A DNA stretch of 64,000 bases from positions 1,865 through 65,864 of the forward strand of contig CAWFCR010000007.1 in assembly GCA_963814455.1 (NCBI GenBank), written 5' to 3'. Shown in pieces: positions 40,565 through 51,482 of this stretch. The notes beneath the pieces are model-generated. The model did no database searches, was not told the origin of the DNA, and saw only the letters and a list, made by a program, of their open reading frames with translations. Origin of the DNA: an uncultured Alphaproteobacteria bacterium. Lineage in GTDB: Bacteria; Pseudomonadota; Alphaproteobacteria; Rhizobiales; Aestuariivirgaceae. Position numbers and translations under genes: made by a program. Positions within the stretch are counted from its first letter, which is position 1. The number at the start of each line of letters is the position of its first letter.

Positions 40565-42880
40565 TTGTCAGACTGTGTGGTGTCTGGCTTGAATCTGGTT
40601 GATCCTCAACTCAATAAAACTGCAAGTTACAGAAGCATGCCGTTGGAAGCCCCGCGCTTCCTCCGTAACGATGTTGATGTTGCGATCAGCGAACTTTGGG
40701 GGGCGCTGACAAATCACCTTGCGACAATCGTACTGGTTGTTCTTCTGGCGATGGCGGGCGCGTTTGCCTATCTGTCCATGCGCGAATCGATCTACCAGTC
40801 AACAGCAACGCTGATTATCGATCCGGCGCGCCCCAACATCCTCGCATCGCAGCAGATCACGGAAATGCCTGTTGTGGACTCCGCTGTCGTTGATAGCGCG
40901 GTGGAAATCATCAAGTCGGATTTCGTTGCCCTCGATGTTGCAAGGCGCCTCAAGCTTGCGAGCGACCCGGAATTCACGCGCGAAACCGGCTTTCGAAAAC
41001 TGCTGCAGCCGCTTCGCGACCTGCTTCTGCCGCGCAATGCAATTAATGCCGCCCAGGCAGAGCGGACTGCGGCCAATTCGATACTGCGCGATCTGGGTGT
41101 TCGCCGCATAGGGCTGACCTACGTTGTGCAAGTCACGTCGCAATCGCTCAACCCAGAGAAATCAGCCCTGCTCGCCAATTCGTTTGTTGATGCATATCTA
41201 GACAACCAACTGAGCGTGAAGATGGACATGACCAAGAGGGCTTCCTCCTGGCTTGAGACGCGAACCGAGGAGCTGCGCCAAAAGGTGATTGAGGCCGATA
41301 ACGCGGTGCAGCTCTACCGCAGCCAGAGTGGACTGGTTGAAACTGCGGGAAAGCTGCCGCTTGACCAGCAGCTTTCTGAATTGACCAGCAAGCTTTCCGC
41401 TGCCCGGTCCGAAGAAACCACAAGCAAGGTCAAGGCGGAGAGCATTGGAACGCTGCTCGCTCAGGGAGATTTTGCTTCCGCCGCTCTCTCGGCTCCGCCG
41501 GAAAGCCGGGTCAGCAAACTTCGCGACCAGCTTGGCGAACTCGAAGGCCGAGAGAAGGAAATTGCAGACCGCGTCGGCCGCCAGCATCGCCTCACAATCG
41601 AGGCACGTAATCAAACCGAAGCTGTCCGAACCGAATTGCAAAAGGAAGTTGAGAACTATCACGATGGTTTGTCGAACGGCGCAGTGTCGGCTGCTGCCCA
41701 GGTGGCGCAACTTGAGGCTGAACTGAAGAGCATGACTTCAGGCCAGATGGAGCTAGGCGAAAAGAGCATTCGCCTGCGTGAGCTGGAGCGGGACTCTTCT
41801 TCAGTTCGGCAGCTGTATGAAACCTTCCTGACCCGCCTCAAGGAAATTCACCAGCAGGAAACCCTCGCGATGCAGGATGCCAGGGTCATCGCAAGCGCAA
41901 CACCGGCGACAAATCCCAGCAACATATCCGGCACACTCGTCCTCGCGGGCGCCATTGGCATTGGCCTCCTGCTTGGCATGGTGGCGGCGATGTTGAAGGA
42001 CCGTTTTGATCCGCTGATCAGAAACGAAGAAGAAGCCGAAGCCGCCACGGGACGCCGTGTGCTGGCGGTTCTTGATGACATGAAGCAGTCCGCCAGCAAG
42101 AAGGATGTTTCCGGTCTCGGCAGTCTGCTGGGTGGCGGAAGCGCCGATCAGAAAAAAACGCGCCCCAGCGTCAATCGCCTGATGACTTATGCAGTTGATC
42201 AACCTTTCTCGCCATTTGCCGAAAGCCTTCGACAGTTGCGGCTTGCCTTGAACCATGGTTCCGACCGCAGGGGCAAGGTTGTAGGCATTGTCGCCTCGCT
42301 GCAAGGTGAAGGAAAGAGCACGGTTGCCAGCAACCTTGCGCATCAATATGCCGCCAACGGCACGCGCACCATTCTCATAGACTGCGATCTCCGCAGTCCC
42401 GGCCTGTCCGAGCAACTTTGCCCGTCGGAACCATACGGACTTCCTGATGTCTTGACGGGGGGCGTAGCCTGGCAATCGGCTGCAAGGGTCGATCCTGCCA
42501 CTGGCCTCGCCCTGTTGGCCGGAAAATCATCAGTTTCCGGCGGCAATCTGTCCGAGTTGCTGATGCTTCCAACCTTTGAAGATCTATTGGAGCAGCTTTC
42601 GCAGGCGTATGAAGTCATCATTCTGGATTTTGCGCCAATTGGCCTCGTTTCAGATGCGCGTGCGGTAGCAAGGCTGGTTGATATGTTTGTGCTTGTCACG
42701 TCTTGCGGCATAGCGGCCAAAAATGATGTCAGCCAGATTCTCGCGCATGCACCGGAAATCCACGAGAAGGTTCTGGGAGTAGTGCTGAACCGCGCCACCC
42801 GCCGTTCCGGCGCCGGGGAGTATCCGGTTGTCCGGGGGCGCACTGCTTATGCGGCGTCCAAAGCCGGCTTCGATCAGTAG
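40565..42880 (+). CDS. Polysaccharide co-polymerase/tyrosine autokinase (Wzc/ExoP-like)
   Basis: Wzz N-domain, coiled coil, second TM, FAESLR, GEGKST, LIDCD, IILDFAP, GVVLN; start uncertain. Confidence 0.9.
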   Translation: MSDCVVSGLNLVDPQLNKTASYRSMPLEAPRFLRNDVDVAISELWGALTNHLATIVLVVLLAMAGAFAYLSMRESIYQSTATLIIDPARPNILASQQITEMPVVDSAVVDSAVEIIKSDFVALDVARRLKLASDPEFTRETGFRKLLQPLRDLLLPRNAINAAQAERTAANSILRDLGVRRIGLTYVVQVTSQSLNPEKSALLANSFVDAYLDNQLSVKMDMTKRASSWLETRTEELRQKVIEADNAVQLYRSQSGLVETAGKLPLDQQLSELTSKLSAARSEETTSKVKAESIGTLLAQGDFASAALSAPPESRVSKLRDQLGELEGREKEIADRVGRQHRLTIEARNQTEAVRTELQKEVENYHDGLSNGAVSAAAQVAQLEAELKSMTSGQMELGEKSIRLRELERDSSSVRQLYETFLTRLKEIHQQETLAMQDARVIASATPATNPSNISGTLVLAGAIGIGLLLGMVAAMLKDRFDPLIRNEEEAEAATGRRVLAVLDDMKQSASKKDVSGLGSLLGGGSADQKKTRPSVNRLMTYAVDQPFSPFAESLRQLRLALNHGSDRRGKVVGIVASLQGEGKSTVASNLAHQYAANGTRTILIDCDLRSPGLSEQLCPSEPYGLPDVLTGGVAWQSAARVDPATGLALLAGKSSVSGGNLSELLMLPTFEDLLEQLSQAYEVIILDFAPIGLVSDARAVARLVDMFVLVTSCGIAAKNDVSQILAHAPEIHEKVLGVVLNRATRRSGAGEYPVVRGRTAYAASKAGFDQ

Positions 42881-42891
42881 GGCAAAAAATC

Positions 42892-44076
42892 TTGGCCGAC
42901 ATATTGCACATTAGCTGTGATTTTCCCGACGTGCTTGTTGGCAACAAGACGCAGGCGGTCAAACGCCTGGTCGATGCTACGCCTGAGCATGCCCACACGG
43001 TTTATTCGCTTAACCGGGTAGATGGACTATCGGGAATAGAGTTTCTGGATTTCGCGCCAAGCCGGATTGCCGTTGTTTACCGGGCGCCGCCAAAGGGGTT
43101 GCTCCTGAAAACCAGGCTGGATGCTGTTGCGGAAGCGATCCTTGAGGATATGGCCCGCAGAAAAATCAAGGTGCAGCTCATTCACGCCCACAAGCTGACC
43201 ATTGACGGAATTATCGGGCATAAGATCTCACGCAAACTCGGCGTGCCAATCATCTTCTCAATCCAGGGAGACACTGATCTCAAGGTTATGGCTGCAAGGC
43301 CAGACCTGGTAAGTGTATTTGCCCAGCATGTTGCTGACGCCGCGGTGCTGTTTCCCTTCGCCCCGTGGGCCGAACGTGAGATCAACAAGAGATTCCCGCA
43401 AGCGGCGGCCAAATCCAGAATGTTGCCTGTCATGACCGGGCATGATGACCTGTCAGCCGCAGCGCCAGTCCACTCGGCACACTTGGCGAGCGTCTTCCAT
43501 CTTGATAGCTGGAAGCGAAAGAACCTCGTCGGCATGGCGAAGGCTATGAAAATGCTCGCCACCCGCATTGACAACATTCAGCTTGATGTTTTCGGTGGTG
43601 GAAGCCCCACGTCTTTTGTAGAGGCGAGTGAAGCGCTGAAAAAGTGCGGCGCAGGCTCATTGATCCGGCTTGCCGGACCCGTTGCCAATGCAGGGCTCGC
43701 ATCCGTGCTGCAACGCTACGCGGCATTTGTGCTGCCGACGCTGAGGGAAAGCTACGGGCTCGTTCACGTGGAATCTCTCTTTGCGGGAGTTCCGATAGTG
43801 CTTTCGCGCAACATGGGCATTGATGGACTGTTGCCAGAGGCGGACTATCTGGCCGCTTGCGATCCAAATTCTGCGCCGTCAATAGCGAGCGCGATCGAAC
43901 TCCACATCAGGAACGAGGCAAACGCCAAGGCAAAACTCAAGGCGGCTCAGGATCAGGGAGTTCTCTCCCCCATCAGGAACAAGGCAATCATTGAAACATA
44001 CCGCGAGGGCTTGTTGCGTGCTCTCCCGCAGTCGGCGCGCGCGCCGCCTTCAAATAGAGTTGAAGAGGCTGCGTGA
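42892..44076 (+). CDS. Glycosyltransferase family 4
   Basis: IHAH, RKNL, FVLPTLRESYGLVHVESLFAGVPIV. Confidence 0.85.
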   Translation: MADILHISCDFPDVLVGNKTQAVKRLVDATPEHAHTVYSLNRVDGLSGIEFLDFAPSRIAVVYRAPPKGLLLKTRLDAVAEAILEDMARRKIKVQLIHAHKLTIDGIIGHKISRKLGVPIIFSIQGDTDLKVMAARPDLVSVFAQHVADAAVLFPFAPWAEREINKRFPQAAAKSRMLPVMTGHDDLSAAAPVHSAHLASVFHLDSWKRKNLVGMAKAMKMLATRIDNIQLDVFGGGSPTSFVEASEALKKCGAGSLIRLAGPVANAGLASVLQRYAAFVLPTLRESYGLVHVESLFAGVPIVLSRNMGIDGLLPEADYLAACDPNSAPSIASAIELHIRNEANAKAKLKAAQDQGVLSPIRNKAIIETYREGLLRALPQSARAPPSNRVEEAA

Positions 44077-44189
44077 ACATCCATCGCCTCTTTATGTGTT
44101 GATTGCCAATGGTCTTTCTTGATCGAAACCGGCGGCAGTAATAAGTTATCAGCGGACGGCAAATCCGAAGTAACAAGTGAGGAAATGTT

Positions 44190-44921
44190 GTGGCTCAGTC
44201 CATTGCCGGCTCAATCAAGCCATACTACTACACTCTGAAGTTCGCATTGCGCTCGGCGCGCGGCATGTTTGGCCGTTATCCTCGCACATGCACTGTCTGT
44301 GGCCACCATGGCCGCTTCCTCGCCTATGGATATCCGCTGGTATGCGATGTCCTCTGCCCTTCCTGCGGCGGGCTTGAGCGGCACAGGCTTCTTGCGCTTG
44401 CAGACCAGAAAAACAGCTTCTTTGCCGGCAAGGACGTTCTGCACTTTGCGCCGGAAAAATGCATGCGGAGCTACCTCGCGGGTCGTGGCATGCGTTCCTA
44501 CAAAACTGCCGATCTTTTTGCGGACGGCGTTGACTTGAAACTCAATATTGAAGATATCGACCTGCCGGACGCCATGGCCGATGTCGTGTTGTGCCTTCAC
44601 GTTCTCGAGCATGTGAATGACACGAAGGCCGTTGCCGAGCTCTACCGCATTCTCAGGCCGGGCGGATTGCTCATCGCCATGTTCCCTATTGTTGAAGGCT
44701 GGAAGCAGTCATTCGAAGACCCAAGCAGGACAACGCCACCGGAGCGGCTGCTCTACTTTGGGCAGCATGATCACGTACGCTACTTCGGTGCAGATGCGCG
44801 CCAGCGCTTGGCCAGGCCTGGTTTTCAAGTCGACGAAGTGACGGCTGAAGAACCAGATGTGTCAGCCTATGGCCTCACGCGCGGCGAGAAGATATTTCTC
44901 TGCCGCAAGCCCAAGGCGTAA
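44190..44921 (+). CDS. Class I methyltransferase with N-terminal CxxC..CxxC motif
   Basis: CTVC, CPSC..LERHR, VLHFAPE, HVLEHV, RILRPGG, FGQHDHVRYFG. Confidence 0.85.
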   Translation: MAQSIAGSIKPYYYTLKFALRSARGMFGRYPRTCTVCGHHGRFLAYGYPLVCDVLCPSCGGLERHRLLALADQKNSFFAGKDVLHFAPEKCMRSYLAGRGMRSYKTADLFADGVDLKLNIEDIDLPDAMADVVLCLHVLEHVNDTKAVAELYRILRPGGLLIAMFPIVEGWKQSFEDPSRTTPPERLLYFGQHDHVRYFGADARQRLARPGFQVDEVTAEEPDVSAYGLTRGEKIFLCRKPKA

Positions 44922-44971
44922 CCGTTTCTGGTTTCACCAACCAACTGATCCGGCAGCGGCCTGACGTCAAG

Positions 44972-46321
44972 TCAGGCTGCTGACCATTTCTCGGGCGCAA
45001 GTTCCGCCTGCTGCACAATCTTGTGGCCGGCGGACTTTGCCCAGATGCCGGCGACATCGACAATCTCCTTGTCCGCAGGCTTCGGCATTTCGGTGAACTG
45101 CCGGTGCGGCACCAGACACACAACCACGCCGCAACGAAGCATCGCTTCTTCTGCCGAGGCTATCGTCAATGCGCCCGCACGTTGATCACGCTGCAGCAAG
45201 GCCTCGCTGCAGGGGTCAACGGCAACCACGCGCCCGGTCCATCTTGCGTTGATGCGAAGCGCTATTTCCAGCGCAGGGCTTTCCCGGAAATCATCGATGT
45301 CCGGCTTGTAGCTAAGGCCGAGGCAGGCGATGTGCGCATGCGGATGCCGCTCCATGACTTCCTCAACGCAACGGAAAACGTAATGTGGTTTGAAGTCATT
45401 CACTTCACGCACAGTGCGGGTGAGCTTCGCAATATCCGGCGCACCAGACACGAGGAACCACGGGTCGACCGAAATGCAATGCCCGCCGACGCCCGGGCCG
45501 GGAGACAGGATGGAAACGCGCGGGTGCCGGTTTGCCAGTTCAATCAACTCCCAGACATTAACCCCGAAGCGGTCACACATGACAGAAAGCTCATTGGCAT
45601 AGGCAATGTTCAGGTCGCGATAGGCATTCTCGGAAAGCTTTACCATTTCGGCCGTCTTGTCGTCGGTCACATGGCACGTGCCTGTTACAAAAACCTTGTA
45701 AAGAGCCTTGGTGCGAATGGCAGCGCGCGCTGTGACGCCGCCTATGACCCGGTCATTGGTTACAATTTCCTTGGTCGTGCTTCCGGGTATGACGCGTTCG
45801 GGTGAGTAGGCAAAATCCACATCGCCTTCCTCGCCCGTTGCCGGATTTGGCATTTTCAAGTCAGGCCGCGCGCTGCGCAGCACCTCGATGATGTGGCGCG
45901 TGGTTCCAACCGGAGAAGTCGATTCCAGCACGATCAGGTTGCCCTTCGCAATGACGGGCGCGATCGAGCGAACGGCGCCTTCGATATAGCTGATGTCAGG
46001 CGCATGTGTTCCGTCATGCCTGAAGGGCGTGGGAACGGCGATGACAAAAGCATCAGATGCAGGCGGCCGTGCAAAGGCAGTCAACTGCCCGCGCTGCACT
46101 TCAGCGCGGACAATTTCTGCGAGCCCCGGCTCAACGATGAGAACTTCGCCGCGGTTGACGGCATTGACGATGCGCTCATCAACATCGACCCCGGATACCT
46201 TGAGCCCGCCGCTTGCAAACATGGCGGCAGCCGGCAGCCCGACATAACCAAGGCCGACAACGCTAACTGACTGAATGTCGTAAGACACGGCATCGGAATT
46301 TCCGATCAACTTCAGGCTCAT
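44972..46321 (-). CDS. wecC: Second UDP-ManNAc dehydrogenase (WecC-like)
   Basis: GLGYVG, ESTSPVG, SPERVIPG, KLSENAYRD, GVGGHCISVDP, YKPDIDDFRESP. Confidence 0.85.
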   Translation of the reverse strand: MSLKLIGNSDAVSYDIQSVSVVGLGYVGLPAAAMFASGGLKVSGVDVDERIVNAVNRGEVLIVEPGLAEIVRAEVQRGQLTAFARPPASDAFVIAVPTPFRHDGTHAPDISYIEGAVRSIAPVIAKGNLIVLESTSPVGTTRHIIEVLRSARPDLKMPNPATGEEGDVDFAYSPERVIPGSTTKEIVTNDRVIGGVTARAAIRTKALYKVFVTGTCHVTDDKTAEMVKLSENAYRDLNIAYANELSVMCDRFGVNVWELIELANRHPRVSILSPGPGVGGHCISVDPWFLVSGAPDIAKLTRTVREVNDFKPHYVFRCVEEVMERHPHAHIACLGLSYKPDIDDFRESPALEIALRINARWTGRVVAVDPCSEALLQRDQRAGALTIASAEEAMLRCGVVVCLVPHRQFTEMPKPADKEIVDVAGIWAKSAGHKIVQQAELAPEKWSAA

Positions 46322-46685
46322 GTAATTTTCTCCATGGAATGCGGTGGGATCAATCGCAATTTGAACAAAAATGTTCGTGCGCGAGGGTTGGTGACGGCGC
46401 ACAAATTGCCAGGGCAAAGCCCCGGAAATTCTCGCTTCTGGAAAGATCGGCGAACAGGCAGTTTGGCACTTCAGACGGCACCGCAATCAGAAAAAACAGA
46501 TACGGACCTCTTGGCCACGGGGCCTGTCGCAAGGACATTCACAAGCACAAATCGCACTTCTTTTCACACAAGGTTGCGTTATGCCGTCGTGCAAAAGTCT
46601 AGCGGTCTTTGCTCAGCCATGCAACACGACTCTGACGTTGTTGGTGAACATGCGTGCGTTCCACATGGAAAATACACAGCCGCCA

Positions 46686-47684
46686 TCATGAAGCCGCATT
46701 TGCTTTTGTTGCGCTAACCGGAAGCCCGATCGCATCCGCATTGACCACGAGCTTGCGATCAAGCTTGCCGGCGAACAGGTCAAGAATATTCTGCGCCGCG
46801 GAAATGCCCATGCGTTCGGCGCACTCCTGCGTCAGCCCTGCATTGTGCGGCGAGATCGTCACCTTCGGATTGGAGAGCAGCGGGTGATCGGGCCTCGGCG
46901 GCTCTTCCGCCAGCACATCAAGTGCGGCTCCGCGCAAGCGGCCGCTGCGCAATGCGGCATCCAGCGCCCGCTCATCCACCAGTTCGCCGCGCGCTGCATT
47001 GACGAGGATGGCCGAAGGCTTCATCAGCGCCAGCCTTGTTGCGCACATCACCGCCCCATCCGGCGCCTTTGGCAGATGCAGTGAAACATAGTCCGCCTCG
47101 CCGAGCGCCCCTTCGAGGCTTTGCACTGGCACGCAACCTGTTGCTGCAATTGCCGAAGCATCCATAAACGGATCATAGGCGCCAACCGTCATGCCAAACG
47201 CCTGCGCCAGCTGCGCCACGCGCCGGCCAATGCGACCGAACCCCAGCACCAGCAGCCGCTTGCCGTCGAGTTCAGTAGCATTGAAAGCATTTCGCTCATT
47301 CCAGTTGCCGCCGCGTGAAGCCTGATCATGCGCGACGGTGCGGCGTGCTGCGGCCAGCATCAGCATCAGTGTATGCTCGGCCACGGCGCGTGAATTGACA
47401 TCGCCGACAATCGCCAGTGGAATACGCCTCTCATTGAGCGCCGCCACATCCACGGCGTCATAGCCGACGCCATGGCGGGAAACGATCTTCAGACGCGGGC
47501 ATGTTGCAATCACGTCAGCAGTAAGGGGCTGCGTGCGGATGAGAATGGCATCAGCCTTCGGCGCCAGCGGCACAAAAGAGGCAGTTGAAACCTCTTCGAC
47601 GGCATCGACAGTGATGCCCGGCGCTGCTTTCAGCACAGCAAGGCCCGAGGCATGGATTTTTCCGGCAACAAGAACATGAGGCAT
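46686..47684 (-). CDS. D-isomer 2-hydroxyacid dehydrogenase (SerA-like, no ACT domain)
   Basis: RHGVGYD, VAEH, GFGRIG, NAARG, ALDV..EPP, SPHNAG. Confidence 0.88.
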   Translation of the reverse strand: MPHVLVAGKIHASGLAVLKAAPGITVDAVEEVSTASFVPLAPKADAILIRTQPLTADVIATCPRLKIVSRHGVGYDAVDVAALNERRIPLAIVGDVNSRAVAEHTLMLMLAAARRTVAHDQASRGGNWNERNAFNATELDGKRLLVLGFGRIGRRVAQLAQAFGMTVGAYDPFMDASAIAATGCVPVQSLEGALGEADYVSLHLPKAPDGAVMCATRLALMKPSAILVNAARGELVDERALDAALRSGRLRGAALDVLAEEPPRPDHPLLSNPKVTISPHNAGLTQECAERMGISAAQNILDLFAGKLDRKLVVNADAIGLPVSATKANAAS

Positions 47685-47712
47685 GGCGCGCACAATGTCT
47701 CACTGCGGCAAG

Positions 47713-47736
47713 GCAGGCAAGGCGCGCGTTGCCTGC
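47713..47736. promoter_or_regulatory. Perfect 8-bp inverted repeat between divergent genes (possible operator)
   Basis: GCAGGCAA-8 nt-TTGCCTGC. Confidence 0.3.
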
Positions 47737-47801
47737 TGTTGAATTTTTTTACCAATGCGCTACGCCTACGCACTCAAAAATGAAAATCCGGGAGGCAAGC
47801 C

Positions 47802-49428
47802 GTGCCGCAGTTCATCAATGCCAAGGAAACGCTGGTCGTCGATTCACTGGACGGGCTGCTGCGTAGCTCCGGCGGCGCCAGGCTGGCGCGGCTCGACGGC
47901 TATCCCGGCATCAAGGTCATTCTCCGCACCGATCATAATCCACGCCATGTAGCGCTGGTGGCGGGTGGTGGCTCCGGCCATGAACCTGCACATGCAGCCT
48001 TTGTCGGCCCCGGCATGTTGACGGCCGCCGTCTGCGGCGAAGTGTTTGCCTCGCCCAGCGTAGACGCCGTGTTTGCAGCTCTGATGGCGGTAACAGGCAA
48101 GGCCGGTTGCCTGCTTATCTTCAAGAACTATACGGGTGACCGCCTCAACTTCGGCCTTGCCGCCGAAAAAGCCCGCGCGCTTGGCAAGAAAATCGAGATC
48201 GTCATCGTGAAGGACGATATTGCGTTGCCGGATATCGCGCAGCCGCGCGGCATTGCCGGCGTCATGTTCGTTGAAAAGATTGCAGGTCACTATGCCGCCA
48301 AAGGCTGGCCGCTGGCCAAGGTGGCCGCCATCGCGCAGAAGGCGGCAGATGGGCTGGTTTCCCTCGGCATTGCGCTCACCTCCTGCACGCTGCCGGGCAT
48401 TGGCAGGGAAGACCGCGTGCCGCATGGCAAGGCCGAACTCGGGCTCGGCATCCACGGCGAGCCGGGCGTTGATCTGGTAGGGTTTGAAGATGCAGCAAAG
48501 TCAGCCGCCATGGTGGCTGACAAATTGTTCAAGGCGGCAAAGCCTGCCCGCAGCTATGCACTGCTCATCAACAACCTCGGATCCACCACGCCGCTCGAAA
48601 TGGGCCTGCTGGCGAATGAAGTGCTCAAGGGCAAGTACGGCAAGAAGATCAAGCTGGTGTGCGGCCCGGCCAACCTTGTCACCTCGCTCGACATGCACGG
48701 CTTCTCCTTCAGCCTGCTGCCGCTGACGCCAGAGTTTGAAACAGCGCTGCGTTCGCCGGCAACGCCGCTGGTGTGGCCCGGCGTGCGTGAGCATGTGAAA
48801 CCGAAGTTCGTCAAACTGCCCCCTGCAATGAAGACGAAACCGGTGAAGGCGAGCAAGAACGAGGCGCTGGCAGCTTTGGTGCGCCAAGCGTGCGGCATTC
48901 TCAAATCGGCGGAAGCAGACTTGAACACGCTGGATGCCAAGGTTGGCGACGGAGATACAGGCTCCACTATCGCAACAGCTGCGCGCCATATTGAATCGTC
49001 GCTCGCGCAAATTGCCGCTGGCGAAGCAGGACCAATTCTTTGCCGCAGTAAGTGATGCGATGACGCGCAGCATGGGCGGCTCCTCCGGCGTGCTGCTGGC
49101 CATTTTCTTTGCCGCCGCTGCACAATCAGGTGGCGGCTGGCAGCAAGCCTTGAAGGCCGGCCTCGACAGGATGATGGAATATGGCGGCGCCAAGCCGGGT
49201 GACCGCACCATGGTCGACGCGCTGGTTCCAGCAATCGCCGAGCTTTCCAAGTCAGGTTCCGTAGCAGCGGCGGCAAAAGCAGCTCGCAAGGGCGCTGACT
49301 CAACTGCCGGCATGACAAGGGCAAGGGCAGGCCGTTCCAGCTATGTCTCGGCAGAAAATCTCAAGGGCGTCAATGACCCGGGCGCTGAGGCCGTGGCGCG
49401 GTTGCTGGAAGGGCTGGCGAAGGTTTAG
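47802..49428 (+). CDS. DAK1-DAK2 fused dihydroxyacetone/tetrulose kinase, frameshift near 49010
   Basis: GGGSGHEPAH, FASPS, KNYTGD, GIHGEPG, GDGDTG, then MGGSSG, GDRTMVDAL, GRSSY, DPGA. Confidence 0.9.
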
Positions 49429-49432
49429 GGGT

Positions 49433-50682
49433 TTAGCCCAACTGTTCCATACGCTTCGCCAAAAACTCTCTTTCGCTGTCATTCTGACTGAGTGCAATGG
49501 CTGTTTCATAGGCAGAGAACGCTTGAGAAGTGCTGCCGATGCGACGGAGAAAATCGGCTCTGGCTGCATGGAATGGCTGATATGAAGTGAGCAGCTGTTG
49601 CAGCGGCTCCAGCGCATCAAGTGCAGCTTGTGGCCCTTGATCATAGGACAGCGCAACGGCCCGGTTCAGCAAATAGACGGGATTTTCCGACATTGCATTC
49701 AAGCCATCATAGAGCAGGACAATCTCCCGCCACCGCGTCTCAGCGAAGCTTTTCGCTTCCGCGTGGATTGCATTGATTGCCGCCTGCAACTGGTATGGTC
49801 GGCATTTCGGCGGTTCAACGCCCGGTCCAACATTTCAATCCCCTCCCTGATCAATTGAGAATCCCAAAGCTCACGGTTCTGGTCCTCAAGCGGGATCAGG
49901 TTTTGTCCGTCGCGCACGCGTGCGAACCGTCTGGAATGGTTGAGCAACAGGAGTGCCAACAGGCCTTCCGTTTCGGCACTGCCTGGCATCAGCTGCATGA
50001 TGAGGCGACACAGCCGAATTGCCTCCTCGCACAGGTCAACCCGCAGCTGGCTTTCGCCAAATGTTGCTGCATAGCCTTCGTTGAACACAAGATAGATGAC
50101 AGACCTTACTGACGAGAGGCGGTCCGGTAAATCGGAGCTGCCCGGAACTTCATAAGGAATGCCTGCTTTGCCGATCTTGTGGCGGGCTCGCACCAGGCGT
50201 TGCGCCATGGCGTCTTCGAAATCGAGAAACGCGCGGGCGATTTCGGTTGTGGTCAGCCCGCATAGTGTTCGCAACGTGAGCGCGACCCGAGTTTTTTCAT
50301 CGAGTGCGGGATGGCAGCATGTGAAAACAAGGCGCAGGCGTTCATCCTCGATTTCTGACGGTTCCTCGTTTTCGGCGGCTTTCTGGTCAAGTTCGATGAG
50401 TGCAGAAAGTTCGACAGATTTCCGGTCGAAATTGTTAGCGCGGCGAAGACGGTCAATGGCCTTTCGCCGTGCTGTTTGCAGGAGCCAGCCCTGCGGCGAA
50501 GGCGGCGGACCATTGCGGCTCCAGTGGATGAGAGCGGATGCAAAGGCATCCTGCAAGCAATCCTCGGTCAAGTGAAAATTCCGCAGATTGCCCATCAATG
50601 CGGAGAAGAACCGCCCGTAATCCTCGCGCGCAACTTTTGAAAGCAGTTGCTGCGCGAGAATCTGGTTTGGCATCTCCGCCAT
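49433..50682 (-). CDS. ECF sigma factor with TPR/DUF6596 C-terminal extension (ECF42-type), frameshift near 49795
   Basis: WLLQTARRKAIDRLR, RLRLVFTCCHPAL, MAQRLVRA, YLVFNEGY, QAAINAIH, LNRAVA. Confidence 0.88.
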
Positions 50683-50691
50683 TGGCAGACG

Positions 50692-51042
50692 TCAGCCGAG
50701 TTCCATAATCGGGCGAATTTCGACGCAACCATTTGCTGCAGACGGAATCATCGCGGCGTATTTGATTGCATCGTCGAGATTGGCGCACTCGAAAATGTAA
50801 TAGCCGCCAAGCTGTTCCTTGGTTTCGGCAAAGGGGCCATCCATGGTTTGGGTTTTGCCTTTGCGCACGCGCACTGTGGTCGCCATCGAAGCAGGTTGCA
50901 GCGCGTCACCGCCGCGCATGACGCCGTCACGTGTGTAGACTGCTGTCGCTGCCTGGTAGGCGGCCATGAACGGTCCGAATTCCGCTGAGCCGTATTGCGG
51001 TTCCTGTGCCGGGTTTGAATAGATCAAAGCAATGTATTTCAT
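50692..51042 (-). CDS. YciI/DGPF family protein
   Basis: ATTVRVR, DGPFAETKEQLGGYY, VEIRP. Confidence 0.9.
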   Translation of the reverse strand: MKYIALIYSNPAQEPQYGSAEFGPFMAAYQAATAVYTRDGVMRGGDALQPASMATTVRVRKGKTQTMDGPFAETKEQLGGYYIFECANLDDAIKYAAMIPSAANGCVEIRPIMELG

Positions 51043-51073
51043 TTATGGATTTCCATTCTTGAGTTGTTGAATT

Positions 51074-51466
51074 TTATCTGGTCCAAATTTGCGCTGCGAT
51101 GCCGCCTGCTGCGATCAAAATGGCAAACAAGGTGGCACTTGCCCCCATAATGCGAAGGGCGTTGGCTGGTCGGTCAAACTTGATGCCGAACGGGTGCAAG
51201 ACACGGCCAACAACAAGCGCAATGCCTGCGGTGTGAAGCCAGGTTCCGTTGGCGCCGAGTAACTCCGCCAGCGCCATCAGGAGCAATGCCATTGGAACGG
51301 CCTCGGTAAAGTTGCCGTGTCGCCGCATGGCTTCCGCAAGCGTTACGTTGCCGCCGTCGAGAATTGAGATTTTCGCCTTGGTTCGCGCCATGATGACATG
51401 GGCCGTTAGCCCAACCATCATGACGGCGAGCAAGACGGCATAGAGACCGGTTGTTGCAGGTGCCAT
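51074..51466 (-). CDS. MAPEG family membrane protein
   Basis: MRRHGNFTE, GRVLH, four TMs. Confidence 0.85.
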   Translation of the reverse strand: MAPATTGLYAVLLAVMMVGLTAHVIMARTKAKISILDGGNVTLAEAMRRHGNFTEAVPMALLLMALAELLGANGTWLHTAGIALVVGRVLHPFGIKFDRPANALRIMGASATLFAILIAAGGIAAQIWTR

Positions 51467-51482
51467 CGTATGTTCCCTTTGA

